A stretch of 64,000 nt of DNA from Camelus ferus. Its lineage: Eukaryota. How positions within the stretch are numbered: the stretch's first letter is position 1; each line of letters starts with the position of its first letter. A program made the translations under genes and the position numbers. The notes under the pieces were generated by a model that made no database searches, was not told where the DNA came from, and worked only from the letters and a program-made list of their open reading frames with translations. Of this stretch, positions 51,505-64,000 are shown in pieces. Where the stretch lies: assembly GCF_009834535.1 (NCBI RefSeq), contig NC_045697.1, positions 76,820,001-76,884,000 of the forward strand. Direction: 5' to 3'.

Positions 51505-54385
51505 AACTTCCAGTTTCCAGTTCAGCATATAAAGAGGCTTAGCAGTTACTACCCTGTCTCAAAAAGAAGTAAAAAGCTTTAAACAAATTGAAAAATCAGT
51601 AACTCTTTAAAAATCTTTCAGAGAAGTGAGGTCACAGGAAAAACTGCTACCACCAAATTGGAGAGACAGGCAGATAACAGAGCATCACAACTTTCACAAT
51701 TTACTAGAGCAGAAACCCACAAGTGGAAACCACCACCAGAACTAGTGCCAAGGTAGGGAATTCTAAAGTAAAATTGATGGATTGCTGGAGGCTTGGGGTG
51801 GACAAGTCTGAGAGTTAAAAAGTCCACGGGGACTCAGTCACATGGACACCCACTCACTTCTGTGAGTTTTATCTCCAGGAGTTCTACCAGGTCCTTACGG
51901 TGAGTATTGGAGAAAAATCCTCTCATGCTTCTAGCAGTGGGAGAGGAAAAGGAACCATTTTGAAATATGCCAGAGCATTCTGTTCTTCTTAATAAGGTCT
52001 GTCCTCAGAAGAAATAATCTTACTAAAGCAAAATTTGTTGGGGCTACATCAGAGACTAACTAATGCAGAGGAAGGAAAATCCCCAACTCCAGCCCCATCT
52101 AGCCATCCTCTCCTATCTAACAGCGGGGAAAGAAAAACAGACAATCTCTGGTGAATTGACAGTTCAGGGGCAGAGGCTCACCAGAAGACTGAGATCTAAT
52201 CATAGGACTACAGAATGCTTTCCCTCCCCCTACATCTTACTGCCATATTCCTAAAGTTCTATTTGCCACACTTCCTTTTCCCCAATACATCATGTCCACA
52301 TTCCAACAAAAAATTACAAGGCATACTAAAAGGCAAAAAATACAGCTTGACGAGAATAAACAAGCATCAGAACCAGAATCAGATATGGCAGGGATGTTAG
52401 AATTATCAGGCCAGGAATTTTTTTTTTAACTATGACTAATATGCTAAGGACTTTAATAGAAAAAGTACACAACATGCAAAAATAGACAGATAATGCAAGC
52501 AGAGAGATGGAAATTCTAAGCAAGAATCAAAAGGAAGTGCTAGAGTTCAAAAACACTGTAACAGAAATGAAGAATGCCTTTGAAAGGCTCAATAGTAGAC
52601 TGGACATGGCTGAGGAAAAGAATTTCCTGAGCTTGAGAATACGACAATAGAATTTCTAAAACTGAAAAGCAAAACAAGAAAAGTTTTCTTTTTTAAAGAA
52701 AGAACAAAATATCCAAGAACTAAGTGGTAATTACAAAAAGTGTAACACATGTCTAATGGGAATATTAGAAGGAAAAGGAAAAGAAGCAATATTTAAAGTA
52801 ATAACAATGGAGCATTTCCTCAAGTTAAAGTCAGACACCAAACCACAGATCCATGAAGCTCAGAGAACACGAAAAAGATAAATGATCAAAAGATCTACAC
52901 CTAGGCATATCATTTTCAAACTTTGGAAAATCAAAGATTAAAAGAAATCTTGAAAAAGCCAAGGGTACGGGTGAGGAAAACACCGTATCTATAGAGGAAC
53001 AATGACAAAAATTATATCCAGCTTCTCCTCAGAAACCATGCAAGAAAGAAGAAAGTAGAGTGAAATACTTACAGTGTGGAGAATTCTGTACCCTTTGAAA
53101 TTATGCTTCAAGACTGAATTGACCCACCAACTACAACAGGATGCAATGTGTTATAGTATATAGTATATAGATGTGATATAGTGATATAGTATATAGAATT
53201 CTATACTCTGTGAAATTATCCTTCAAAAGTGATAGAGAAATAAAGACTATCTCAGAAAAAAAAATTGAGGAAATTTGTTGCCAATAGACCTGTCTTGCAA
53301 GAAATGGTAAAATAAGTTCTACAGAGAGAAGGAAAATTAAATATTTCAGAAATTCGGGTCTACAATAAAAAAGGAAGAGCATCAGAGAAGGAATAAGTGC
53401 AGGTAAAATTAAAACTTTTATTTTTCTTATGCTTAATTGATCTAACAGATAGCAGCTTGTTTAAAAATAATGACTACAATATGTTCAAGTATGTATGATT
53501 ATGTACATATGGACATTATATATGTTTATGTATAATTGAATTGAGTGACAACAAAGATACAAGGTATGGAAGAAAGGAATTAAGATTATTCTGTTAATAT
53601 GAAGTATTTATACTACTCATGAAACAGTAAAGTGCTCTTTGAAGGAAGATTTGGATTAGTTATGAATGTATATTGTGAACTCTAGGGCAACTACTAAAAA
53701 AGAAGTAAAAAAAGAACTATAATTAATATGCTAAGAAAGGAGAGAAAATATAATCATACAAAAGCTCAATTGACACCTAAGAAGCAGAAAAAGCACAGAT
53801 GATAAAAATAAGAGCAAAAAACAAGCACAACACATCTAAAACAGTAGCAAATATGGTAGATATGAATCCAACTATATCAATACTCACATCAAATTTCAGT
53901 TACGTAAACACCTATAATCATAAAACAAGGCTCAACTACATGTTATCTATAAGAAACCCACTTTTAATAAAAAGGTACATAGATTAAAAATAAGTGGATG
54001 GAGAAAGATATACCTTGCTAACACTAATCAAAAGAAAGTTGGAGTAACTGTATTAATTTCAGACAGAGCAGGCTTCAGAGCAAGGAAAGTTACCCGGGAT
54101 AAGGAGGTGCATTACACAATGATAAAGGGGTAAATACTCCAAGAAGACATAACAACCCTTGCACATAACAAAAGAGTATCAAATCGTGTGAGGCAAAAAT
54201 TGATAGAGCTGCAAGGAGAAATAGATGAATCCACTATTATAATTGGAGACTTCAACACCCCTTCTTTTAAAATGGATAGGTCCAGCAGGAAAAAAATCAG
54301 TAAGGACACAGCTGAATTTAACAGCGCCATCAATCAGCTTCATATAATTGACATCTATGGATGTCTATTTTATCCAACAACAGCA
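51505..54385 (+). mobile_element. Old L1M element, 5' part only (5'UTR, decayed ORF1, spacer, start of ORF2 endonuclease)
   Basis: Decayed ORF1 motifs (CACAGATCCATGAAGCTCAGAGAAC, CACCTAGGCATATCATTTTCAAAC, CTTCTCCTCAGAAACCATGCAAG). ORF 54188-54391 (ELQGEIDESTIIIGDFNTP...DRSSRKKISKD) is an L1 EN fragment. Confidence 0.9.
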
Positions 54386-56475
54386 CGTTGAGCTGTCCAT
54401 CACTATGAACGTTCATCATCCTCAAGTGACGAAGTTAGTTTTCTGCAATTAGCATTGCAGACTCTCTAAGTCAATGAAAGAGAAGGCAAATATTCTTATA
54501 ATTAAGCCCACTATTTAGAGGCCATAAAACTTCTTCTCAGAGATTCCAATGATATTTATTTGACAACTTTCAAAGGCAGAGCAGAGTATAACGACTGATG
54601 TGCGAGGTGTCTAACTTTTCTCTGTTAACGAGAACTTTAATAAGATGTCTTCCCTCCTCAAAAAAGGAACAGAAGCTAGAAAAATAAGGATCCAATGTTA
54701 GTGATACCAGATTTACTGCCTCAAACCATAGACATTTTCCTTTAAGTTTAAATCTAGAGATTTTTGCTTAACACAGCAAAATCATATCAGTCTATAAATT
54801 GTGTCCTTCTAAGTGAAAACTCATTTTTCATTATTTTCACAATATGATCTATATTAAGCCAACAAATAAGTTCCTAGTCCATATTAATAAAGTTTGTTGA
54901 ATGGATGAATAAATGATTAAGCTGCTATGATTAAATTACGGGCAAAAACAGGGCTCATGTAAATCAATAAGTATATGGAAATACAGACAATAAAGTATAT
55001 CAAACTTCTCCCTAACAAAATATGTATATAGTAAGATGTTTACTTGGGGGCCAAAGATTAAGAAATAAAGCATTTCACAATTACAAAGAAAAAAATATTC
55101 TGTTGATGACATTGAAATTGAAAACTGAAATTATTTCCACATTTGTGTAGAGAACCATGATATATTTATAATTATTCTAAAGCATTTGATGGGGCCAGCT
55201 GTTGTTCTTGGATATGGGCCTGGGCCCTAAAGCCATCATGGATTACTTCTGTCTCCCTAGGACTTCTTCATTTTCAACCCCCTGCATCTCCTGATCCTTG
55301 CTCATGGCCTCTGACACACAAAGGCAAACAAACAGCAAGGTAAGTTTATACAAGTTGAAGGACCAATATATAACATCTACATGCTGCTTCAACACACTCT
55401 CCCCAGTCCCAGAGTTTACATTGATAACTTTACATTAAAAATTCAGAATATGCTTGATACATGAAGAAAAAGAAATTCACAAAATGCAAAACTAGACATA
55501 CAAGAGGGAAAACACGTTCTATGATCATTTTTATCATGCTGTTTCAGGCATTGACATTGACTTTAAAACTTATCGGATCAGCATTTTACTTTGGGCAAGA
55601 TGGTATTTTTCTTTTTTATAGTCTCTGCTCCTGATTTAATCAGTGTTTAATTTTATGCAGCAAGATAGTTACTCAGCTTCCACTCCCACTCCCATCTCCC
55701 ATATATTTCTTAGCATTTTATCCTGACTTAAATTGAAGGTTTTAATTAATGTCCTAAAATGTAATGTTAAATTACACCATGCAATTATGTGGGCGAAGTA
55801 CTCAGTGGAGGCTAGACATTATTAGCTATAATCATTCTCTAAAATAAAAGTCTAAAATATATGATTTTGTGAAATTTTCTGTTCCAGCTACAACCTTTCC
55901 TTAATGATACATTCATTTTATTTTTCTATTCTAAAATTTTTTAAAGAGAAAAATCACATAAACTCACAAAGAAAAACTTCAAAAAACTGAAATGTTTTCT
56001 TTATTTTCTTTCCAGAGTCTAATCTTGTATTGCTGGTAGAGAATAAATGGTTATCATACCTTTTAAAAAAAAAAAAAAAGGTATGTTAACAGTTGAAAAG
56101 TAATCAGGTTTCCCTTCTACAGCAGATACTCAACAATAATTGCAAAATGGTCTTTTTTTTTAACATTTTTTATTGATTTATAATCATTTTACAATGTTGT
56201 GTCAAATTCCAGTGTTCAGCACAATTTTTCAGTTATTCATGGACATATACACACTCATTGTCACATTTTTTTCTCTGTGAGTTATCATAACATTTTGTGT
56301 ATATTTCCCTGTGCTATACAGTGTAGTCTATTCTACAATTTTGAAATCCCAGTCTATCCCTTCCCACCCTCCACCATCCTGGTAACCACAAGTCTGTATT
56401 CTCTGTCTGTGAGTCTATTTCTGTCCTTTATTTACGCTTTGTTTTTGTTTGTTTGTTTGTTTTTGTTTTTGTTTT

Positions 56476-59400
56476 TTAGATTCCACATATGAGCGATCTC
56501 ATATGGTATTTTTCTTTCTCTTTCTGGCTTACTTCACTTAGAATGACATTCTCCAGGAGCATCCATGTTGCTGCAAATGGCATTATGTTGTCGGTTTTTA
56601 TGGCTGAGTAGTATTCCATTGTATAAATATACCACCTCTTCTTTATCCAGTCACCTGTTGATGGACATTTAGGCTGTTTCCATGTTTTGGCTATTGTAAA
56701 TAGTGCTGCTATGAACATTGGGGTGCAGGTGTCATCCTGAAGTAGATTTCCTTCTGGATACAAGCCCAGGAGTGGGATTCCTGGGTCATATGGTAAGTCT
56801 ATTCCTAGTCTTTTGAGGAATCTCCACACTGTTTTCCATAGTGGCTGCACCAAACTGCATTCCCACCAGCAGTGTAGGAGGGTTCCCCTTTCTCCACAGC
56901 CTCTCCATCATTTGTCATTTGTGGATTTTTGAATGATGGCCATTCTGACTGGTGTGAGGTGATACCTCATTGTAGTTTTGATTTGCATTTCTCTGATAAT
57001 TAGTGATATGGAGCATTTTTTCATGTGCTTTTTGATCATTTGTATGTCTTCCTTGGAGAATTGCTTGTTTAGGTCTTCTGCCCATTTTTGGATTGGGTTG
57101 TTTATTTTTCTCTTATTGAGTCGTATGAGCTGCTTACATATTCTGGAGATCAAGCCTTTGTTGGTTTCACTTGCAAAAATTTTCTCCCATTCCGTAGGTT
57201 TTCTTCTTGTTTTATTTCTGGTTTCCTTTGCTGTGCAGAAGCTTGTAAGTTTCATTAGGTCCCATTTGTTTATTCTTGCTTTTATTTCTTCTAGGAGAAA
57301 ATTTTTGAGATGTATGTCAGATAATGTTCTGCCTATGTTTTCCTCTAGGAGGTTTATTGTATCTTGTCTTATGTTTAAGTCTTTAATCCATTTTGAGTTG
57401 ATTTTTGTATATGGTGTAAGGGAGTGTTCTAGCTTCATTGTTTTACATGCTGCTGTCCAGTTTTCCCAACACCATTTGCTGAAGAGACTGTCTTTATTCC
57501 AATGTATATTCTTGCCTCCTTTGTCAAAGATGAGTTGACCAAAAGTTTGTGGGTTCATTTCTGGGCTCTCTATTCTGTTCCATTGGTCTATATGTCTGTT
57601 TTGGTACCAATACCATGCTGTCTTGATGACTGTAGCTCTATAGTATTGTCTGAAGTCTGGGAGAGTTATTCCTCCAGCCTCTTTCTTTCTCTTCAGTAAT
57701 GCTTTGGCAATTCTAGGTCTTTGATGGTTCCATATGAATTTTATTATGATTTTTTTCTAGTTCTGTGAAATATGTCCTGGGTAATTGGATAGGGATTGCA
57801 TTAAATCTGTAGATTGCCTTGGGCAGTGTGACCATTTTAACAATATTGACTCTTCCAATCCAAGAGCATGGAATATCTTTCCATTTTTTAAAGTCTTCTT
57901 TAATTTCCTTCATCAATGGTTTATAGTTTTCTGTGTATAATTCTTTCACCTCCTTGGTTAGATTTATTCCCAGATATTTTATTACTTTGGGTGCTATTTT
58001 AAAGGGGATTGTTTCTTTACTTTCTTCTTCTGTTGATTTATCGTTAGTGTAAAGAAATGCAACTGATTTTTGAACTTTAATTTTGTAACCTGCTACCTTG
58101 CTGAATTCTTCAATCAGCTCTAGTAGCTTTTGTGTGGACCTTTTAGGGTTTTCTATATATAGTAACATGTCATCAGCATATAATGACACTTTTACCTCTT
58201 CTTTTCCAATTTGGATCCCTTTTATTTCTTTCTCTTGCCTGACTGCTGTGGCTAGGACTTCCAGGACTATGTTGAATAGGAGTGGTGATAGTGGGCATCC
58301 TTGTCTTGTCCCAGATTTTAGTGGGAAGCTTTTGAGTTCTTCACCATTGAGTACTATGCTGGCTGTAGGTTTGTCATATATAGCTTTTATTATGTTGAGA
58401 TATGTTCCCTCTATACCCACTTTGGCGAGAGTTTTTATCATAAATGGGTGTTGAATTTTATCAAATGCTTTTTTTGCATCAATTGAGATGATCATGAGGT
58501 TTTTGTCCTTTCTCTTGTTGATGTGATGTATTACACTGATTGATTTGCGTATGTTGAACCAGCCTTGTGTCCCCAGGATGAACCCCACTTGGTCATGATG
58601 TATAATCTTTTTTATGTGTTGTTGGATTCTATTTGCTAAAATTTTGGTGAGGATTTTGGCGTCTATGTTCATCAGTGATATTGGCCTATAATTCTCTTTT
58701 TTTGTAGTGTCTTTGCCTGGCTTTGGTATCAGGGTGATGGTGGCTTCATAGAATGAGTTTGGGAGTATTTCCTCCTTTTCAATCATCTGGAAGATTTTGA
58801 GAAGGACTGGTATGAGTTCTTCTTTGTATGTTTGGTAGAATTCCCCGGTGAAGCCGTCCGGTCCTGGACTTTTATTTGTAGGGAGGTTTTTAATTGCTAT
58901 TTCTATTTCCTTTCTAGTGATCGGATTGTTCAAGTGTTCAGATTCTTCTTGATTCAGTTTTGGTGGACAGTATGTTTCCAGAAACTTGTCCATCTCCTCT
59001 AGGTTATCCAGTTTGGTTCCATATAGTTTTTCGTAATATTCTCGTATGATATTCTGTATTTCTATTTTGTTTGTTGTAATTTCTCCATTTTCCTTTCTTA
59101 TTTTGCTAATTTGTGCTCTCTCTTTTTTCTTCTTTGTGAGTTTGGCCAGAGGTTTGTCGATTTTATTTACTTTTTCAAAAAACCAGCTTTTGGTTTGGTT
59201 GATTTTTTCTATGGTCTTGTTAATCTCTATTGTATTTAATTCCTCTCTGATCTTTATTATTTCCTTCCTTCTGCTGCTTTTTGGGGCTTTTTGTTCTTCT
59301 TTTTCTAATTCATTCAGGTGGTGGGTTAAATTGTTTATTTGAGATTGTTCTTCTTTTTTGAGGAAGGCCTCTATCGCTATAAACTTCCCTCTTAGCACTG

Positions 59401-60273
59401 CCTTTGCTGTGTCCCATAGGTTTTGAGTGGTTGTGCTTTCATTATCATTTGTCTCAAGGTATTTTTTAATTTCAGCTTTGATTTCCTCATTGATCCATTG
59501 TTTTTCAATAACATATTGTTTAATCTCCATGCTTTCCTTTTTTTCTCCTTTGTTTCTCTGTTGTTGATTTCCAGTTTCATGGCATTGTGGTCAGTAAAGA
59601 TGCTTGAGATACTTTCTATCTTCTTAAAATTGTTGAGGTTTCTTTTGTGCCCAAGTACATGATCGATCCTGGAAAATGTTCCATGTGCACTTGAAAAGAA
59701 TGTGTATCCTATTTTTTGGGGGTGTAATGCTCTGAAAATATCCACCAAATCTAGTTTTTCTATTGTAGTATTTAATTTCTCTGTTGCCTTGTTTATTTTC
59801 TGTCTGGAAGATCTGTCTAGTGATGTTAATGCAGTGTTAAAATCTCCAACTATGATTGTATTCCCATCAATATCCCCCTTTATCTCTGTTAGTAATTCTT
59901 GTATGTACTTAGGTGCTCCTATATTGGGTGCATATATATTAACGAGTGTAATATCCTCATCTTGTATCACTCCTTTAATCATTATAAAATGTCCTTCTTT
60001 ATCTTTCTTTATGGCCTTTGTTTTAAAGTCTATTTTGTCTGAAATCAGTACTGCAACACCTGCTTTTTTGGCTTTTCCATTTGCATGGAATATCCTTTTC
60101 CATCCTTTCACTCTCAATCTATATGTGTCCTTCTCCCTAAAGTGGGTCTCTTGTATGCAGCATATTGAAGGTTCTTGCTTTATTATCCAGTCTGCCACTC
60201 TGTGTCTTTTGACTGGAGCATTTAGTCCATTAACATTTACAGTAATTAATGATAGATGTGTGTTCATTGCCAT
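56476..60273 (-). pseudogene. L1 ORF2 (APE endonuclease - reverse transcriptase - Cys-rich domain), disrupted
   Basis: EN motifs (NVNGLN, CCIQETH, NIYAPN, VGDFNT, SRIDH, TDHN) and RT motifs ([33 protein letters not shown]). Broken by frameshifts near 59510 and 57752 and by TGA at 56908-56910. Confidence 0.97.
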
Positions 60274-60676
60274 TTTGAACTTACCTTTGCAGTTGAATTG
60301 GTATATCCTCTTTGTTCCTTTCTTCTTCCTTTTGTGGTTTGGTAATTTTCCTTTGTATTATCATGGATTTTATTTAATTTTTGTGACTCCTTTGTAAATT
60401 TTTGGCTTGTGGTTACCCTTTTTTGTAAATCTACCAACCCATTACTATAACTGTTTTTATTAAACTGATAGTAACATGATCTCAAACCCATCCTACTGTT
60501 AAAAAAATTTAAAAAAGAAAGAAAAAATATTCTATATTTCCCTGCCTCCCTCTCCCACTCTCAGTGATTTGTATGTCTTCTTTTATAATTTCATGTTTAC
60601 TTTATTTGTAATTCATGAGTTACCACCTTCCCAGTTGTGTATTTCTCATTTCTGTAGCATCCTGCTGCTTTTCTAC

Positions 60677-61100
60677 TTAGAATAGCCCTTTCAATATTTC
60701 TTTTAGCATGGGTTTAGTGTTGCTAAACTCCTGCAGCTTTTTTTTGTCTGTGAAACTCTTTATTTCTCCTTCTATCCTCAAGGATAGCCTTGCTGGATAA
60801 AGGATCCTAGGCTGCATCTTTTTTTCATTCAGGGCTTTGAATATATCTTGCCACTCCCTTCTGGCCTGTAGTGTTTGTGTAGAGAAATCAGCTGAGAGCC
60901 TTATAGGGTTCCCTTGTAACTTACTCTTTGCTTTTCTCTTGCTGCCTTTAGAATCATTTCTTTATCCTTGACTCTGGCCATCTTGATTATGATATGTCTT
61001 GGTGTGGGTCTATTTGGGTTCTTCCTATTTGGGACCCTCTAAGCTTCCTGTACTTGGATATTTGATTCCTTCTTTAAGTTTGGGAAGTTTTCAGTCATGA
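60677..61100 (-). pseudogene. L1 ORF1p C-terminal remnant
   Basis: Manual translation gives MTENFPNLKKESNIQVQEA*RVPNRKNPNRPTPRHIIIKMARVKDKEMILKAAREK, ending ...EILKGLF* at 60677. Confidence 0.92.
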
Positions 61101-62340
61101 GCAAAATGGTCTTTATCAACTTGAATTATTCTAATTTCTGAAGAGGAAGAATCATGCTCAAAATCAAACAAGCAAAACACAGATTTTTATAGCCAAATAT
61201 TTCAGTTCTATTAATTCATTCTCTTCTTTGAACAGAAAAACATATCAAAAGATTAAAAACATTATTTTTATTCTCGCTTTTATTATAATTGGAAATTTCC
61301 CGATAAATACATTTAACTGTGTTTGATACTTGGCTGAGTGTCCTGAAAGCTTGAAGTAGCCTATTTGTTTATCATGTTTGCTTAATATTTACAGAATTTT
61401 TAAAAACAAAGAAAATTCTTTTTTTCCCCCTAGAATAACAAGAAGAAGAAATCAAATAGAAGTATTCTGACATGTAATTCCACCTAACAGGACTCTACTT
61501 TTCCAACAGAACCTATGTCTGCAGATAGGAAACTGTTTCCTAACAGCTTTCAAAGGGATGTTTAAACTTAAACTTTATTCCTACAAAGCATATGTGGAAG
61601 GAAAGCAGGTAGCAAATTGCTATCCCTTAGGGGGAAAAATCATGATATGCCATCACTGATGATTACAAAGATTTTTTTCAAGTCAGTTGCTGTAATCTAG
61701 GTAGGCCATTCAATACACAGATTTATCTCCAGTGAAAGGAAAAATAGCTTTCTCAGGAAGTAACACTTCTAAATTAGAGGAACTTTGGGCTAAGTACAGC
61801 TGGCAGGGTGCTGAACATCCAATTTCTTTCAATGGGTATATTTTCATGCTCAGTCTGAAGCTGCCCTGAATGAATCTTCAAAAAAATTGAGACTAAAATA
61901 GGCAATTTCAATACATCTTCTTAAACAAAGTGTTTCTGGAGTATAAAACTCAATATTTCATTTCATTTCACTATGAAATTATTAATCCTATGGTTTTTGT
62001 GCCCATGATCACTGGTTGAGAACGTTAGTAGTTGTTAGAAAAGGTACTTCAACATCATTGTTATTGTTGTCATCATTATCAATTTTCAGCACTTGGAATC
62101 AGTAATCAATGTCCATTAAAGAGTTAACTGGAGATGGAACAGCTCTGGTAGGAAACAGGTGACAGTTGTCCCACTTTTAAAGCCCCAGAGGGCTGATAAG
62201 ATGAAAATTGCAATTGATAGTAGATCTAAACATAGAAAGAATGAGTAACTGAACATAACCTTTGTTCAAAAAAACTACTTGTGCCATTTCTTTGGTAAGA
62301 TGATAAAGTAAGCAATATTTGTGACTTAAAAAAATACTAC

Positions 62341-62744
62341 TGTGGACAAAAAAATGTTGCCCACTATCAAGCCATCAGCCACTGCAGCCTGCCCTTGGAC
62401 AGTCTGCCCTGAGAGGAATTCAGGATGGAGAAAAACAGGACACTGGACCTAGATAGTTAAGATGCATATCAAAGGAATAATTTCAATGAGTCCAGACTTT
62501 TGCATTTTCCCACACATAGAAAAGCACTAAAATCATTAACTTGTGATTAGCAGTAATCTTTTGATGTTTGACTACATGTTTTTTTCAGCAAAAATTCCTG
62601 TATATCCTGGCTCCTCCCTTACCTCTTTAGAACAGTCTCTCAGTGCTAACTGAGAGGCTGTATTTCAGGCTACAGTCTCAGTAAGGTCTCCAAATAAAAC
62701 ATAACTCTCAATTGTTAGGTTATGCATTTTTCCCCCAGTGGATA
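62341..62744 (+). mobile_element. ERV1-class solo LTR with 4-bp TSD
   Basis: Begins TGTGGAC and ends CAGTGGATA. Contains TATA-like GTATATCC and AATAAA. Flanked by CTAC at 62337-62340 and 62745-62748. Confidence 0.85.
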
Positions 62745-63247
62745 CTACCTATTAATGGTTCCTCTTTTGAAGGAAACAAAATGGTGGGAAGAAATTCACA
62801 TAATAACTCCAATTCATTTTCCAACACAAAGTCTTCTTCTCATTCACCAAGCTCTGTAATGAGATCATTTATGTTTTGTCATGCTATAGTATTCTTTTTT
62901 AGGAAGAAAATGTGCATGCAGAAAAGTTTCATTATTTTGCTAATTGAAATGAAGAGGTCAAAAAATCTAGAATTTTTTCATAAGTCTTGTGGTAAACAAG
63001 AAACGTAAAGCACACAAATGAAAAACATACTTTCTTGATAAATTCTGACATCCTTTCTAAAACAAGACAAATTGACTCATTAGAGGCCAATTTACTTCAT
63101 TTTGTATACACCTTCTTTTAAGTCGATTCTTTCAAGGAATCAGAACATATTTGCAAACAGTAAGATTCATATCTTAAATTTATCTCTGGAAACAAGAAGG
63201 TAGAACAAAACTCCCTAGCTTGATCTGCTCTGATTTGCGACAAGAAT

Positions 63248-63284
63248 TCAAGAATATTTCATCGCCATATCACCATGTCCTGTA
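63248..63284 (-). CDS. Candidate terminal coding exon of an unidentified minus-strand gene (...TGHGDMAMKYS*)
   Basis: Branch-like TTCTAAT, a U-rich tract and CAG acceptor(s) (exon start 63284 or 63279), a short open frame to TGA, and retained CpGs. Gene not recognised. Confidence 0.3.
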
Positions 63285-63879
63285 CTGACAGTAAAAACAA
63301 ACACAATAATGACATTAGAATGTAATATAAACTCAAATCAGTGCACAGTTTAATAATGTTTCAAAGTACTGCAGCTCTTCTTGTTTCAAGGGCAAAAGAA
63401 ACTAAACTGTACCAGATATCTGCTACAGTCTAACTGTCTACTGCATTTATTTCAATTAAATGACTTGATAACTTTCATTTTATAAGCTATGGGATTCTAC
63501 CTCACAGGATACTTCTCTCTTCCTTTCTCTTTTACATTCTCACTTTCCCAGCTCATTTTTTCATCCATTAAAGAATTAGATGAGAGTGATAAGAGAAATG
63601 GAGAAAGAGAGAAAAGCTTCAAAGTACAGAATAAGAATCACTCATGATCAGGCAGAACATTTCATTGGTGCAGCATATTATTTCCTAGCCATAAAATATT
63701 CTAAAGTGCTTTGATACATTTGCACATTAGGACCATGCTTTCATTCCTGAGTATGTGCTGCTTAAATTAAACATTTATGAGGCATAATGAAACCTCAAGA
63801 TTGCTTAATCATATTTGGTCCATTATTCTTTCCAGTTCTCAAAGAGAGGATTAGTTATTGATGCGTAAGTAAGTTCTAG

Positions 63880-64000
63880 TTGAAGCAGTATGCTAAAGTA
63901 GGAAAATCATTGATTTTGGATACAGACATATGTGGCACAGAAACATAGCTCCATCATTCATTATTTGGGTGACCTCAAGTAAGTTACTCTCTAAGCCTTA
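63880..64000 (+). mobile_element. MIR SINE (runs off window end)
   Basis: GCAGTATG...GGGTGACCTCAAGTAAGTTACT. Confidence 0.65.

Larger units (their letters stand above)
56156..61100 (-). mobile_element. Young 5'-truncated LINE-1 (about 4.9 kb; camelid L1_Vpa-like) with 14-bp TSD
   Basis: TSD GCAAAATGGTCTTT at 56142-56155 and 61101-61114. AATAAA and a short poly(A) lie at the left end. Contains an ORF1 remnant, a ~400-bp spacer, ORF2 and the 3'UTR. Confidence 0.98.

Noticed and set aside
56978..60397. Plus-strand ORFs of 65-231 aa overlapping the young L1
   Set aside because: Antisense shadows of A-rich L1 ORF2; hydrophobic low-complexity translations with no independent evidence.
540..63008. 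The many 60-126 aa ORFs in the ORF track outside the L1s and the EMC3 fragment
   Set aside because: Lengths expected by chance, often with non-ATG starts or inside repeats and microsatellites; no recognisable domains.

Overview
AT-rich, CpG-poor mammalian DNA, most likely from a camelid or another non-ruminant cetartiodactyl. This is inferred from a Tigger1a_Art-type element, camelid-style L1 3' ends, and no recognisable Bov-A, BovB, PRE-1 or Alu repeats. No intact host protein-coding gene could be recognised. The window looks like a long intron or intergenic stretch filled with interspersed repeats (L1, L2, MIR, CR1/L3, MaLR and ERV1 solo LTRs, Tigger1). The only long ORFs belong to a young, 5'-truncated, minus-strand LINE-1 (56156-61100, 14-bp target-site duplication) whose ORF2 carries only three lesions. 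The most unusual element is a short EMC3 (TMEM111)-derived fragment at about 15957-16222 (-). It appears to join two spliced exons, then runs into GT-initiated, intron-like sequence ending in an A-tract, which suggests a semi-processed retrocopy. Also present are a near-perfect ~125-133-bp direct repeat flanking 326 bp of unique DNA, several isolated exon-like segments with strong splice sites, and motif-rich candidate regulatory patches. I found no convincing evidence of a novel multi-gene system. Repeat subfamily names and boundaries were judged by eye and are approximate.
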